Shown here: piece by piece, positions 28,666-38,998 of the stretch
Layout of the letters: each line of letters opens with the position of its first letter
Numbering within the stretch: position 1 is the stretch's first letter
Source: an uncultured Actinomycetota bacterium
Lineage (GTDB): Bacteria; Actinomycetota; Actinomycetes; Actinomycetales; CAWJMD01
Assembly (NCBI GenBank): GCA_963845675.1
Contig: CAWJSX010000003.1
Location: 224,137-288,136, forward strand
Direction of reading: 5' to 3'
Length of the DNA stretch: 64,000 nt
Program-made: the position numbers and the translations under genes
The notes under the pieces: generated by a model
Database searches by the model: none
What the model saw: only the letters and a program-made list of their open reading frames with translations
What the model was told of the DNA's origin: nothing

Positions 28666-29271
28666 ATGAGCATCCAGACCGTCACGCCCCCAGCCGCTTT
28701 CGGCGCCGCCGGGATGCGCGCGACCACCAGCGTCGAGCACGAGCGAGCGGCTGCGCGAGCAGCGGGCTACGCGGCCGGCTGGTCCGCGGGTGCGCAGGCG
28801 GCGCAGGCCGCCTCGCAGCATGACATGGCCGACCGGCGTCGCCAGGCCGACGCCGAGGCAGCCGCCGCCACGGCCCGACTGACCTCGGTGCTCGAGGCGC
28901 TTTCGCAGGCGGCCGGACAGGCACGAGCCGTGGGCGAGCAGACCCGTCTCGAGCTGAGCCAGGCCGTCCTCGACACCGCGCTGCAGCTCGCTGCCGCGGT
29001 TCTCGGCCACGAGCCGCTGGCCTCGGAGAACCCCGGCCGTGACGCGCTGAAGCGCGCGCTCGCGGCCGAGCCGGGCGCCGTGGAGCCCGTCGTGCGGTTG
29101 AACCCCGACGATGCCGCGACCATCTCCGCGCTCGACATCCCGTCCCGCGTGCGCGTGGTCGCGGACTCCTCGCTCTCGCGGGGTGACTCCGTGCTCGATC
29201 ACGCCGCCGGACGCGCCAGCGTCGTGCTCGCCGACGCGCTGGCGCGGGCGAAGGCGGTGCTGCTGCCGTGA
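28666..29271 (+). CDS. fliH: Flagellar export ATPase regulator
   Basis: ARAAGYAAGWSAG repeats, VRLNPDD, DSSLSRGD; between fliG and fliI. Confidence 0.85.
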   Translation: MSIQTVTPPAAFGAAGMRATTSVEHERAAARAAGYAAGWSAGAQAAQAASQHDMADRRRQADAEAAAATARLTSVLEALSQAAGQARAVGEQTRLELSQAVLDTALQLAAAVLGHEPLASENPGRDALKRALAAEPGAVEPVVRLNPDDAATISALDIPSRVRVVADSSLSRGDSVLDHAAGRASVVLADALARAKAVLLP

Positions 29272-30599
29272 ACGTCCTGGCTCTCGACCCGTCCGTACGC
29301 CTGGCCGACGCCCTCGCCGCCTGCCGTCCGCAGCGCCTCGGGACCGTGCGCTCCATCGTCGGCCTGTCGATCGACGTCGTCGGCCTGGAGGCGGCGGTCG
29401 GTGACCTCGTGCACGTCGGGGAGGGCGCACACGCGGTGGAGGCCGAGGTCGTGGCCGTCTCGGCGACGAGCGTGCGCTGCATGCCACTGGCTCACCCGGT
29501 GGGTCTGCGCGCAGGCATGCCCGTGCGGAGCACGGGCGGGGAGCTCATGGTGTCGGTGGGGGACGCGCTCCTCGGGCGCGTGCTCGACGGTCTCGGCCGG
29601 CCCATCGACGGGCAGGGCCCCATCGAGGGTGCCCGCCAGGTCGGCGTCCACGCCGCCCCGCCCCCGGCGCTCGACCGCGCACGTGTCAACCAGCCTCTGC
29701 CGCTGGGTGTCCGGGCTCTCGACACCCTGGTGCCGGCCGGTCGGGGACAGCGCTTCGGCCTCTTCGCCGGCTCCGGCGTCGGCAAGTCCAGCCTGCTGTC
29801 GATGATCGCCCGCGGCACCGAGGCCGATGTCGTCGTGCTGGCGCTGGTGGGTGAGCGCGGTCGCGAGGTCCGGGAGTTCCTCGAGGACGACCTGGGCCCC
29901 GAGGGGCTGGCGCGCAGCGTGGTCGTGATCGCCACCTCCGACGAGCCGGCCCTCGTGCGGCTGCGCGCCGCGACGACCGCCACGCGGATCGCCGAGCACT
30001 TCCGTGACCAGGGTCTCGACGTCGTGCTGATGATGGACTCGCTGACACGGTTCTGCATGGCCCAGCGCGAGATCGGCCTGTCGGTGGGGGAGCCGCCGGC
30101 GACGCGCGGCTACCCGCCGTCGACGTTCGCGCTGCTGCCGCGTCTGCTCGAGCGGGCTGGTCCCGGCGTCACCGGATCGATCACCGGCATCTACACCGTG
30201 CTCGTGGACGGTGACGACCACGACGAGCCGGTCGCCGACGCGGCGCGGTCGATCCTGGACGGGCACGTCGTGCTCGACCGGAGGCTCGCCACCGCCGGGC
30301 ACTTCCCCAGCATCGACGTCCTGGGGTCGGTCTCGCGCGTGGCCACCCGCGTCACCTCCCCGGAGCAGCGGGCGCAGGCCGGCGTCCTGCGGCGCGCCCT
30401 CGCGGCGCGGCGGGACGTGCAGGACCTGCTCGACGTGGGGGCGTACGCGCCCGGCAGCAACCCCCTGGTCGACGCGGCGATCGCCTGCGCACCGGAGATC
30501 GACGGCTTCCTCACCCAGGACGTGGCTGACACGGCTCCGGCGGGGACCTCGTGGCAGCAGCTGCAGGGTCTGGCCGCCCGGCTGGGAGGTGGCTCGTGA
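29268..30599 (+). CDS. fliI: Flagellar export ATPase
   Basis: FAGSGVGKS, GERGREVREF, MDSLTRF, GEPPATRGYPPS, ILDGHVVL. Confidence 0.96.
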   Translation: MNVLALDPSVRLADALAACRPQRLGTVRSIVGLSIDVVGLEAAVGDLVHVGEGAHAVEAEVVAVSATSVRCMPLAHPVGLRAGMPVRSTGGELMVSVGDALLGRVLDGLGRPIDGQGPIEGARQVGVHAAPPPALDRARVNQPLPLGVRALDTLVPAGRGQRFGLFAGSGVGKSSLLSMIARGTEADVVVLALVGERGREVREFLEDDLGPEGLARSVVVIATSDEPALVRLRAATTATRIAEHFRDQGLDVVLMMDSLTRFCMAQREIGLSVGEPPATRGYPPSTFALLPRLLERAGPGVTGSITGIYTVLVDGDDHDEPVADAARSILDGHVVLDRRLATAGHFPSIDVLGSVSRVATRVTSPEQRAQAGVLRRALAARRDVQDLLDVGAYAPGSNPLVDAAIACAPEIDGFLTQDVADTAPAGTSWQQLQGLAARLGGGS

Positions 30600-31030
30600 C
30601 CCCGTTCCGGCTGGCGTCGCTCCTGCGTCTGCGTCGCGCCCAGGAGGACCAGGTGGCTGGGGAGCTCGCGTTCGCCGCCCGCGCGCGCCTGAACGCCTCG
30701 GAGCGCGCCGTCCGGCAGCGTGACGCTCTCGGCTCGCACCGCACGCCGGCCTCCTGCACGTCCATCGCCTGGACTGCGTCCGTCGCGGCCCGCGCCGCGC
30801 TCAGCACCGCCAGCATCGAGGCTCGTTCCGATGAGATCGAGGCCGAGGTGGTGGCGTCGGAGGCGATGTCGGCCTGGCACGAGGCGCGTCGCCGCTCCAC
30901 CGCCCTCGAGCACCTCGAGACCCGGCACGCCGAGGCCGTCGTGCGCGAGCAGCGCCGTGCCGAGCAGCTGCGCCTCGACGAGCACACCGCCGCCATCACG
31001 GGCCGGCAGCGCGGGGAGGACGAGTCGTGA
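30596..31030 (+). CDS. fliJ: Flagellar export protein
   Basis: [11 protein letters not shown]-terminus, coiled coil, EQLRLDE; follows fliI. Confidence 0.82.
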   Translation: MTPFRLASLLRLRRAQEDQVAGELAFAARARLNASERAVRQRDALGSHRTPASCTSIAWTASVAARAALSTASIEARSDEIEAEVVASEAMSAWHEARRRSTALEHLETRHAEAVVREQRRAEQLRLDEHTAAITGRQRGEDES

Positions 31031-32067
31031 ACGGCGTCATGGAGGTGCAGTCGAGGATCGCGGAGCTGCAGGGGCGGATCCAGTCCCTCTCGCAGCCGCA
31101 GCGGACCGCCGGCAGCAGCGTGGCCGGACAGCAGCAGTTCTCGTCGGTGCTGGCCTCCGCGCTCGGAGCCACCCAGACATCGGCGCTCGGCGCCACGGAG
31201 ACCTCGACCCTGGCCCTCGACCCGGCGCCCAGCGCGAGCGGGCCGACCGGTGCGGACCTCGTCGCCTCGGCGAAGAAGTACATCGGCGTCCCCTACAAGT
31301 GGGGTGGCAACGACCCGTCCACGGGCCTGGACTGCTCCGCACTCGTGCAGCGCGCGATGAAGGACCTGGGCGTCGACGTGCCCCGGGTGGTCGCCCAGCA
31401 GCGGCACCTCGGCACCGAGGTGCCGAGCCTCGACCAGGCGCGCCCCGGCGACCTCATCGTGATGGGCGGCAGCCGGCACATCGGCGTCTACGTCGGTGAC
31501 GGCAAGATGCTGCACGCACCGAAGGCCGGCGACCGGGTGCGGATCGGTGAGGTCTACGAGAAGCCGACCAGCATCCGCCGGGTGCTGCCCGACCAGGCTG
31601 CCCCGACCGGCGGCGTCGACGTGGGTGCGGTGCGACCGTCGGCCCTCCGTCTCCCCGGGACGCTTCCGACCGGCGTGAGCGACCGTGTCGCCTCGTATGC
31701 TCAGCTGTTCTCGGTCGCCACCGCCAAGTACGGTCTGCCGCAGGGACTTCTGGCCGCGGTGGCGCAGACGGAGTCGGGTGGCAACCCCAAGGCGGTGAGC
31801 TCCGCGGGTGCCCTCGGGCTGATGCAGATCATGCCGGCCACCGCTCGTGGTCTCGGCGTCGACCCGCGTGATCCCGCCCAGGCGGTCGACGGCGCAGCGC
31901 GGCTGCTGCGCGACCACCTCCGTGACTTCGGCTCGGTCGACCTCGCCCTCGCCGCCTACAACGCCGGACCCGGCGCCGTGCGTCGCTACGACGGCATCCC
32001 GCCCTACGCCGAGACACAGGGCTACGTCCGCAAGGTGACGGCGCTGCTCGGGCGGGTGAGCTCGTGA
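31027..32067 (+). CDS. NlpC/P60 peptidase fused to SLT lytic transglycosylase
   Basis: [28 protein letters not shown]; [41 protein letters not shown]. Confidence 0.9.
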   Translation: MNGVMEVQSRIAELQGRIQSLSQPQRTAGSSVAGQQQFSSVLASALGATQTSALGATETSTLALDPAPSASGPTGADLVASAKKYIGVPYKWGGNDPSTGLDCSALVQRAMKDLGVDVPRVVAQQRHLGTEVPSLDQARPGDLIVMGGSRHIGVYVGDGKMLHAPKAGDRVRIGEVYEKPTSIRRVLPDQAAPTGGVDVGAVRPSALRLPGTLPTGVSDRVASYAQLFSVATAKYGLPQGLLAAVAQTESGGNPKAVSSAGALGLMQIMPATARGLGVDPRDPAQAVDGAARLLRDHLRDFGSVDLALAAYNAGPGAVRRYDGIPPYAETQGYVRKVTALLGRVSS

Positions 32068-33485
32068 CACCCGTCGGAGCGACGGGCGTCGCCACCGCGC
32101 GAGTCACGCCGACAACGGCCCGTGCCGGGTCGGCGGGGCCAGGCGCGGACACCGCGACGGCGTTCGCCGACGCGCTGGCCGAGCACACCGACACGGCACC
32201 GTCCCGCCGTCCCGCCGTCGACCGGCGACCCGACCGAGGGTCCCGCGACGTCGACCAGCCGACGTGGGCGGCGAAGGACGACGCGTCGCCGACGCGGAGG
32301 TCGGCGGCATGGCGCGAGTCGGCGCCCGGGTCCCGGTCGGCGTCGCAGGACAGCACCTCGAGAGCCGACGTGGCGACGGACCCGACGTCCGCCGCGCCGA
32401 CCGACCCGGCGAAGGACGTGACGTCCGACGCCGCGTCCGACGCCACGACCGACGCCGCGACCGACGCCACGACCGACGCCACGACGGACGGGACCGTCGC
32501 GGCGCCGGACCGGACCGACGTGACGACCGAGCAGACCTCCGACGCACCCACGGCCCTGCCCGCAGTCCCGCAGGCACCGGTCGTCGCGCAGGCCCCGGCC
32601 ACGTCCGAGCAGGTCGCGATCGGTCAGGAGAACGCGGAGCCGGCGACGCCGCCCGGTGACGCCTCCGAGGGGGTGCCGGGCACCGCGCCCGGGACAGCAC
32701 CGACGGCAACCACAGCCCCGACAGCCCCGACAGCGGCCACCCCCGCAGGCACCCCCGCGGCGACCTCGCCCACCGTCCCGGCGACGTCGGGCCACACGGG
32801 CGCGCCGACCGGCCTTCAGGTCCGGGTGCCCGGGGCCGGCGCCGCTCCTGACGGCACGGCAGCCCTCGCGGCGGCCGCGGTCGAGGTGGGCGTCGCAGAG
32901 ACGCCGGCCGCGACGCAGCCGGGGACGGCCTCTCCGGCGACCCAGACCGCCCCGTCGGCGTCCGCCGCAGGCGCCGCTCCGACGGCTGCGGCCGCACCCC
33001 CCGCCACGGCGGCGCCGCGCACGCTCGACGCCCCGGTCCCCGTGCCCGCACCGGCGTCGGGAGCCCCCGTTCCCCTCCCGGCTCAGCTGACGCCCCGTCT
33101 GGCCGCACTGCGGGCCATGGGGGAGGGCGTGCACCGGTTGACGATGCGTGTGCAGCCGGAGTCGATCGGCGCAGTCCGCGTCGTCGCCGAGGTGACGGCG
33201 AGTGGCCTGAAGATCGAGCTGCACGGTGGGACCGAGGCCGCGAGAGAGGCTCTGCGCGTGGCACTTCCGGACCTCCGGCGCGATCTGCTCGCACACGGCA
33301 CGACGGCTGAGCTCGACCTCGGCTCGTCCGCAGGCCGGGACGCGCGCGGTCAGACGGATCCATCGGAACCGTTCGCGTTCAACGGTTCAACGGCTCGACG
33401 CGCCGAGAACGCCACGAGGACAATGGAAGAGCCTGCGCATGCTCGTCCTCCGAGCAGGCCCGGTCAGGTCGACGTCATGTCCTGA
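32064..33485 (+). CDS. fliK: Hook-length control protein
   Basis: Long Ala/Pro/Thr-rich region then T3S4 domain [13 protein letters not shown]...[15 protein letters not shown]; upstream of flgD. Confidence 0.85.
   Translation: MTPVGATGVATARVTPTTARAGSAGPGADTATAFADALAEHTDTAPSRRPAVDRRPDRGSRDVDQPTWAAKDDASPTRRSAAWRESAPGSRSASQDSTSRADVATDPTSAAPTDPAKDVTSDAASDATTDAATDATTDATTDGTVAAPDRTDVTTEQTSDAPTALPAVPQAPVVAQAPATSEQVAIGQENAEPATPPGDASEGVPGTAPGTAPTATTAPTAPTAATPAGTPAATSPTVPATSGHTGAPTGLQVRVPGAGAAPDGTAALAAAAVEVGVAETPAATQPGTASPATQTAPSASAAGAAPTAAAAPPATAAPRTLDAPVPVPAPASGAPVPLPAQLTPRLAALRAMGEGVHRLTMRVQPESIGAVRVVAEVTASGLKIELHGGTEAAREALRVALPDLRRDLLAHGTTAELDLGSSAGRDARGQTDPSEPFAFNGSTARRAENATRTMEEPAHARPPSRPGQVDVMS
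32415..32486 (+). repeat. Six degenerate 12-bp in-frame repeats (GACGCCACGACC-like) in fliK
   Basis: Encodes [24 protein letters not shown]. Confidence 0.85.
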
Positions 33486-33502
33486 CACCACCCATGCGGA
33501 CG

Positions 33503-33531
33503 CTCAAGTCAGGGGTCGTCCGCGCCGACCA
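33503..33531 (+). promoter_or_regulatory. Sigma28-type promoter of flgD-flgE
   Basis: CTCA-N17-GCCGACCA. Confidence 0.7.
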
Positions 33532-33550
33532 TGTAGACCGAAGGAGGACC

Positions 33551-33997
33551 ATGCCTACCACCGTCACGAACACCCCCATCAGCTCCGTGCTGGGCACCGG
33601 CGCCGATGCCGTGCGTACGCCCAAGAACGAGCTGGACAAGGACGCCTTCCTCAAGCTCCTGGTCGCGCAGATGCGGTACCAGGACCCCACCGCGCCCATG
33701 GACACGAGCGCGCTGATGGCTCAGACCTCGCAGCTGACGACTGTCGAGAAGCTGACCGAGATGGCCGCGACGAGCCGGTTGGCGTACGACATGCAGCAGC
33801 GCATCGGCGCTGCCTCGCTCGTCGGGCGCCAGGTGGCCTGGACGGACTTCGACGGCACGACGAAGGGCGGCACCGTCTCGGCGGTCCAGCTCGACGGTGC
33901 CACCCCAGTACTGCGCGTCGGTGACACGGATGTCGCCCTCGACAAGGTGACCGCGGTCGTCGCGGCGCCCACATCCACCACCGGCTCCGGCGCCTGA
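33551..33997 (+). CDS. flgD: Hook capping protein
   Basis: LDKDAFLKLLVAQMRYQDPTAPMD, ASLVGRQV; AAGGAGG RBS. Confidence 0.93.
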   Translation: MPTTVTNTPISSVLGTGADAVRTPKNELDKDAFLKLLVAQMRYQDPTAPMDTSALMAQTSQLTTVEKLTEMAATSRLAYDMQQRIGAASLVGRQVAWTDFDGTTKGGTVSAVQLDGATPVLRVGDTDVALDKVTAVVAAPTSTTGSGA

Positions 33998-34024
33998 CGG
34001 CGTCACCACGAAAGAGAGACCACC

Positions 34025-35206
34025 GTGCTCCGTTCCCTGTTCTCCGGCATCAGCGGGCTCCGCTCGCACCAGACGATGATGGACGTGACCGGCAACAACA
34101 TCGCGAACGTCAACACCTCCGGCTTCAAGTCCTCGAACACCCAGTTCCAGGACACGCTCAGCCAGCTCCTGCGGGCGGCGGGCGCGCCCCAGGGCCAGAA
34201 CGCCGGCAGCAACCCGTCGCAGGTCGGCCTCGGGGTGCGCGTCGCCGGAGTCACCACCAACTTCGGCCAGGGTTCGGCCCAGCAGACCGGGCGCAGCCTC
34301 GACCTCATGGTCAACGGCGACGGCTTCTTCATCGCGAAGACCGTGAACGAGACGCTCTACACCCGGGCCGGCGCCCTGACCTTCGACATCAACGGCACGC
34401 TGATCACGCCCGAAGGTGCGAAGGTCCAGGGCTGGCAGGCCAACCCGGCCACCGGCGCGATCAACACGACCGCCGGCGTCGGCGACATCCAGCTGCCGAT
34501 CAGCACGCTGATGCAGCCCTCGGCCACGGCACAGGCGGTGTTCGAGGGCAACCTGCCCGGGGACGCCGCAGTGGGGCAGACCCTGCCTGCGTCGATCGAC
34601 GTCTACGACAACCAGGGCACGCGCTCCACCCTCGCGGTGACCTTCCGCAAGGACACCGCCGACACGTGGTCGCTGCTCGAGAACGGTGTCGCGCTGGGCA
34701 CGATCCAGTTCTCGGGGGGCGGCAGCGCCCACACCCTGACACCCGCCACGATCACCTCGGCGGCCGGGATCGACCTCGCCCTGACCACCGTGACGGGGTA
34801 CTCGGGAACCACGTCGATCAAGATGGCCTCGCAGGACGGCTACGCGGTGGGCAGCCTGACCGCCTTCAACATCGGTCCGGACGGGATCCTCACCGGCATC
34901 TTCAGCAACGGTCTCAAGCAGTCCGTGGCGCAGATCGCGACGGCCACGTTCGCCAACGTCGCGGGCCTGGAGAAGGCCGGCAGCACGATGTACCGCACGA
35001 GCGCCAACTCCGGGCTCGCCCGCACGGGCGCTCCCGGTCTGGAGGACCGCGGCGCCCTGAGCAGCGGCACGCTCGAGATGTCCAACGTCGACCTGGCGGC
35101 GGAGTTCACCAACCTGATCATCGCCCAGCGCGGCTTCCAGGCGAACTCACGCGTCATCACGTCCTCGGACGAGCTGCTGCAGGACCTGGTCAACCTCAAG
35201 CGCTGA
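34025..35206 (+). CDS. flgE: Flagellar hook protein
   Basis: MLRSLFSGISGL, GNNIANVNTSGFK, YTRAG, LEMSNVDLAAEFTNLIIAQRGFQANSR. Confidence 0.94.
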   Translation: MLRSLFSGISGLRSHQTMMDVTGNNIANVNTSGFKSSNTQFQDTLSQLLRAAGAPQGQNAGSNPSQVGLGVRVAGVTTNFGQGSAQQTGRSLDLMVNGDGFFIAKTVNETLYTRAGALTFDINGTLITPEGAKVQGWQANPATGAINTTAGVGDIQLPISTLMQPSATAQAVFEGNLPGDAAVGQTLPASIDVYDNQGTRSTLAVTFRKDTADTWSLLENGVALGTIQFSGGGSAHTLTPATITSAAGIDLALTTVTGYSGTTSIKMASQDGYAVGSLTAFNIGPDGILTGIFSNGLKQSVAQIATATFANVAGLEKAGSTMYRTSANSGLARTGAPGLEDRGALSSGTLEMSNVDLAAEFTNLIIAQRGFQANSRVITSSDELLQDLVNLKR

Positions 35207-35252
35207 TCCGGCGCACCCCGAGAGCACCGCACGACCCTGACGCAGCAGTCCC

Positions 35253-35286
35253 CGCAGGTCCCCCGTCCGCCGGACGGGGACCTGCG
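35253..35286 (+). terminator. Hairpin after flgE
   Basis: CGCAGGTCCCCCGTCC-GCC-GGACGGGGACCTGCG. Confidence 0.7.
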
Positions 35287-35304
35287 TGGTTTCCACCCGA
35301 AATC

Positions 35305-35333
35305 CTCAGGACGAGGGCCCAGATGCCGATGAG
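35305..35333 (+). promoter_or_regulatory. Sigma28-type promoter of flbD-motAB-fliL
   Basis: CTCA-N16-GCCGATGAG. Confidence 0.82.
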
Positions 35334-35340
35334 AAGGGTG

Positions 35341-35385
35341 GACGGCCCCACGGAAGGGACCGTCGACACCAGCTCCAAGGACGGA
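35341..35385 (+). promoter_or_regulatory. Two CsrA-box hairpins in flbD leader
   Basis: GACGGCCCC-ACGGAA-GGGACCGTC and TCC-AAGGAC-GGA overlapping the RBS. Confidence 0.7.
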
Positions 35386-35389
35386 CGAC

Positions 35390-35707
35390 GTGATCATCCT
35401 GACGCGCCTCAACGGCGAGAAGTTCGCGGTCAACCCCGACCTGCTCGAACGGGTCGACTCGACCCCGGACACCGTGCTCACGCTGCTCGACGGCACCAAG
35501 TTCATGGTGGCCGAGCCGCTCACGACGGTCATCGACGAGGTACGCGCCTTCCGCGCCAGCGTCATCGCCGCGGCACGGATGCTCGGTGACGAGCCCGTGC
35601 TCACCGCGGTTCAGCGGGCGCCGAGCCTGCCCTCGGAGGTCGCGGACGCCCTCGACGACGACGCGATCGCTCCCGCCGTGCCCCTGCGTCGTTCGCGGAG
35701 GCCGTGA
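35390..35707 (+). CDS. flbD: FlbD/SwrD family flagellar protein
   Basis: MIILTRLNGEKFAVNPDLLERVDSTPDTVLTL; between flgE and motA. Confidence 0.88.
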   Translation: MIILTRLNGEKFAVNPDLLERVDSTPDTVLTLLDGTKFMVAEPLTTVIDEVRAFRASVIAAARMLGDEPVLTAVQRAPSLPSEVADALDDDAIAPAVPLRRSRRP

Positions 35708-36486
35708 TGGATCCGGCGACCCTGGTGGGCCTGGCCGTCGCGTTCGGGGCCATCATCGCGGCGATGCTCCTCGAGGGCGCTGACCCGGCCTCCATCCTGC
35801 TGCCTGCCCCGTTGATCCTCGTCTTCGGCGGCACCCTGGGCGTCGGCATCGCCGGCGGCCTCCTGCGGGACCTCAAGACCATCATCGCGGGCGTCAAGAA
35901 GGCGCTGCTCGGTGGCGTGAAGACCTCGACCGACACGATCGCCGAGGTGGTCTCGCTCGCCGAGCGGGCGCGTCGCGAGGGCCTGCTGTCCCTCGAGGAC
36001 GCCGTCAAGAACGTCCAGAACGACTTCCTGCGCGAGGGGCTCCAGTCGGCGATCGACGGCACGGACCCCGAGGACCTGCGTGCGATCATGCTCGACCGCA
36101 TCGACGCCAAGAAGGCGCAGGACAAGGTCGCCTCCAAGTTCTTCACCGACATGGGCGGTTTCGCGCCCACGATCGGCATCATCGGCACCGTCATCAGCCT
36201 CGTGCACGTGCTCGAGAACCTCGGCAACCCCGACGAGCTGGGTCACATGATCGCCGCCGCGTTCGTGGCGACGCTGTGGGGAGTGCTGTCCGCGAACGTG
36301 ATGTGGCTGCCGATCGCGAACCGGCTGAAGCGGCTGACCGACATGGAGGTCTCGCAGATGCACATCGTCGTCGAGGGCATCGTGTCGATCCAGGCCGGCG
36401 CCAACCCGCGCCTGGTTCAGCAGCGTCTCTCGAGCCTGATGCCTCCCGGTGAGGCCGACGCGGCCGGCGACAAGAAGGCGGCATGA
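35707..36486 (+). CDS. motA: Stator protein A
   Basis: ARREGLLSLE, GGFAPTIGIIGTV, AFVATLWGV, GANP. Confidence 0.95.
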   Translation: MDPATLVGLAVAFGAIIAAMLLEGADPASILLPAPLILVFGGTLGVGIAGGLLRDLKTIIAGVKKALLGGVKTSTDTIAEVVSLAERARREGLLSLEDAVKNVQNDFLREGLQSAIDGTDPEDLRAIMLDRIDAKKAQDKVASKFFTDMGGFAPTIGIIGTVISLVHVLENLGNPDELGHMIAAAFVATLWGVLSANVMWLPIANRLKRLTDMEVSQMHIVVEGIVSIQAGANPRLVQQRLSSLMPPGEADAAGDKKAA

Positions 36487-37400
36487 GCACCGCGGCCCGT
36501 GGCCGCTCCCGGGGCCACGACGAGGAGGAGCACGAGAACCACGAGCGGTGGCTGGTCAGCTACGCCGACATGATCACCGTGCTGATGGCCCTGTTCATCG
36601 TGCTCTTCGCGATCAGCCAGGTCGACCAGCAGAAGTTCATCCAGCTGAAGACCGGGCTGGCCGACGGGTACGGCGCGAACTCGCAGGTGCCGATCCCGGG
36701 TGGCAGCGGTCTGCTCGACGCCGCCGGTACGGCGCTCAACCCGGCCAACCTGGAGCTCGACGCCGCGCCAGAGCCCGTCAACCTGATGGACGCGGCCGAG
36801 GGTGCTGACGGCGGCAAGGCCCGCGAGCGCCGCAAGACGGAGGCCCTGCTGGCCGCGGCGCAGGCCGAGGTGGACCGGTTGGCCGCCATCCAGGCCGAGC
36901 TCGAGGCGGCCCTGTCGGCAGAGGGCCTCGGGGACCGGGTGCGGTTCCGCGTCACCGAGCGGGGGCTGGTCGCGGCGGTGGTCGCGGACGACGTGTTCTT
37001 CGAGAGCGCGAGCGCCGACCTGCAGCCCACCGGCGCACGGGTGCTCGACGCCGTGGAGCCGGTCCTCGCCGCGCTGCCAGAGGAGATCGCAGTCGAGGGG
37101 CACGCCAACCACCTCAAGATCTCCAGCTCCCGCTACCCCACGAACTGGGAGCTGTCGAGCGCACGCGCGACGACCGTCGTACGCCGCCTGCTCGACAAGG
37201 GCCTTCCGCCGGAGCGGTTGTCCGCCACCGGTTTCGGCGAGGCCCGCCCCCTGTACCGGATCAACGACTCGAGGGCGATCGCCGGCAACCGGCGGGTCGA
37301 CCTGGTGATCGTCGACCAGCAGCCGGCAGCCGTCCGGGCCCTGATCCCCCAGCTCGCACAGGCACGTGGGGTAGGAGCCGAAACAGTCGAGGGAGGGTGA
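36483..37400 (+). CDS. motB: Stator protein B
   Basis: ERWLVSYADMITVLMALFIVLF (conserved Asp), OmpA-like VEGH, NWELSSARA, NRRVDL. Confidence 0.95.
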   Translation: MSTAARGRSRGHDEEEHENHERWLVSYADMITVLMALFIVLFAISQVDQQKFIQLKTGLADGYGANSQVPIPGGSGLLDAAGTALNPANLELDAAPEPVNLMDAAEGADGGKARERRKTEALLAAAQAEVDRLAAIQAELEAALSAEGLGDRVRFRVTERGLVAAVVADDVFFESASADLQPTGARVLDAVEPVLAALPEEIAVEGHANHLKISSSRYPTNWELSSARATTVVRRLLDKGLPPERLSATGFGEARPLYRINDSRAIAGNRRVDLVIVDQQPAAVRALIPQLAQARGVGAETVEGG

Positions 37401-37474
37401 GTCCCTTGCCGACACCACAGTCCGCACCGACAGCCGACGAGAACGCCCACGGCAGAGAACCCTTGGAGAGAGTT

Positions 37475-37954
37475 GTGTCCACCGCGACGAAGAAGAAGGA
37501 AGACGCAAAGGTCGCTGCTGCTGCGGCAGCCGACGGCGCGCCCAAGAAGAAGGGCAAGAAGAAGGTCCTCCTCCTGGTGCTCATCGTGCTGCTCGTCGCC
37601 GGAGGGGCCGCGTGGTTCTTCCTCTTCCGTGGCGGCGGTGAGGCAGAGGCTGCGGTCGAGCCCGAGCCGGTGCTCGGCGAGGTCCTGCCGTTGGAGGCCA
37701 TCAGCATCAACCTCGCCGACGGCCACTACCTGCGGATCGGCGTCGCACTCCAGGTGATCGAGGGTCCTGCCCACCCGCCGGACGGGAGTGAGGCCCTCGA
37801 CCTCACGATCCAGACGTTCAGCGGACGCACCGTCACCGAGCTGGCGGACAACGCGGTGCGGGAGGAGCTCAAGGTGGAGCTGACGCACAAGGTCGAGGAG
37901 GCCTATCACCACGACGTGGTCGAGGTGTACTTCACGGAGTTCGTCACGCAGTGA
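37475..37954 (+). CDS. fliL: Basal body-associated protein
   Basis: Lys-rich N-terminus, one TM, INLADGHYL, VYFTEFVTQ; alternative start GTG 37397. Confidence 0.9.
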   Translation: MSTATKKKEDAKVAAAAAADGAPKKKGKKKVLLLVLIVLLVAGGAAWFFLFRGGGEAEAAVEPEPVLGEVLPLEAISINLADGHYLRIGVALQVIEGPAHPPDGSEALDLTIQTFSGRTVTELADNAVREELKVELTHKVEEAYHHDVVEVYFTEFVTQ

Positions 37955-37957
37955 CCG

Positions 37958-37985
37958 GGTGGGGCCGCCGGGGGGCGGTCCCACC
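37958..37985 (+). terminator. Hairpin after fliL
   Basis: GGTGGGGCCGCC-GGGG-GGCGGTCCCACC. Confidence 0.6.
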
Positions 37986-38018
37986 GGGACGACAATGCGG
38001 GAGCAGTTGCTTCCGCGG

Positions 38019-38046
38019 CTCAGGATCGCTCGATCCGTGCCGATAG
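38019..38046 (+). promoter_or_regulatory. Sigma28-type promoter of fliM operon (near-leaderless)
   Basis: CTCA-N16-GCCGATAG, 7 nt before GTG 38054. Confidence 0.82.
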
Positions 38047-38053
38047 AGCACAG

Positions 38054-38998
38054 GTGACCGTCGACATCGCCGCTGCCCTCACCGGGAGGATGAGCGCGCG
38101 CTCGATGCGCCGCGGCTCCGTCGTCGACTACGACTTCAGCGCCCCGGCGCGGCTGTCGCGTGAGCACTCGCGTCTGCTCGAGATCGCCTTCGAGACCTTC
38201 GGACGACAGTGGACCACCCAGCTCGGCTCCCGCCTGCCGTGCTCGTCGTCGGTCACCCTGGCCTTCGTCACGCAGACCACCTACGACGCGTACGTGGCGG
38301 AGCTCGCGCCGCTCAGCGCGCTGGTGGTCTTCAGCATCGACGGGCCGGGGAGCGCCACGGGCGTGCTCCAGATCCCGGGGTCGTCGGCGTTGGCGCACGT
38401 CGACTACGCGCTCGGCGGGCGGGGCGGCGACCAGCCCCAGCGAACGCTCACCGAGATCGAGGTGACGCTGACCACGGGGCTGTGCGAGCGCGCGCTCTCC
38501 ACCCTGTCGTACGCCTTCACAGCCGTCGGCCCGATCTCCCCCAGGGTCGAGGGTCTGCAGCAGGACAGCCAGCTCGTGCAGGCCGCCAAGGCCACCGAGA
38601 TGGTCGTCGTGGCCACCTTCACCCTGCAGCTCGGCGACCACGTCGAGCCGATCACGATGATGCTGCCGCTGACGCCGATCCAGGCCCGCCTGGCCGCGCT
38701 CGCCCCGCAGGACGTCCGCACGCCGCAGGAGCTCCAGCGAGCGGCCGACGCCGCGCGCACGCTGCAGACGATCGTGCCGGACGTGCCGGTCGACGTCTCG
38801 GTGCGCATGTCCAGCATGCCGGTGTCCCCGGAGAAGGTGCTCGGGCTGGCGGTCGGCGACCTGCTGCGGCTGCCGCACCCCACCGGCCGTCCGCTCGACG
38901 TGATGGCCGCCGACGTCGTCGTCGCGCGCGCCGTCACCACCTCTCGCGGCACACGCCGCGCCTGTCTGATCGTCCGACCTCAGGAGGACCCCCGATGA
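38054..38998 (+). CDS. fliM: Motor switch protein
   Basis: YDFSAPARLSREH, ALGGRG..RTLTEIE, C-terminal SpoA domain LAVGDLLRL. Confidence 0.88.
   Translation: MTVDIAAALTGRMSARSMRRGSVVDYDFSAPARLSREHSRLLEIAFETFGRQWTTQLGSRLPCSSSVTLAFVTQTTYDAYVAELAPLSALVVFSIDGPGSATGVLQIPGSSALAHVDYALGGRGGDQPQRTLTEIEVTLTTGLCERALSTLSYAFTAVGPISPRVEGLQQDSQLVQAAKATEMVVVATFTLQLGDHVEPITMMLPLTPIQARLAALAPQDVRTPQELQRAADAARTLQTIVPDVPVDVSVRMSSMPVSPEKVLGLAVGDLLRLPHPTGRPLDVMAADVVVARAVTTSRGTRRACLIVRPQEDPR

Noticed and set aside
36540-36620. Unusual ion specificity of the stator
   Set aside because: The MotB TM has the conserved Asp and a Val at +11, consistent with an ordinary proton-type stator
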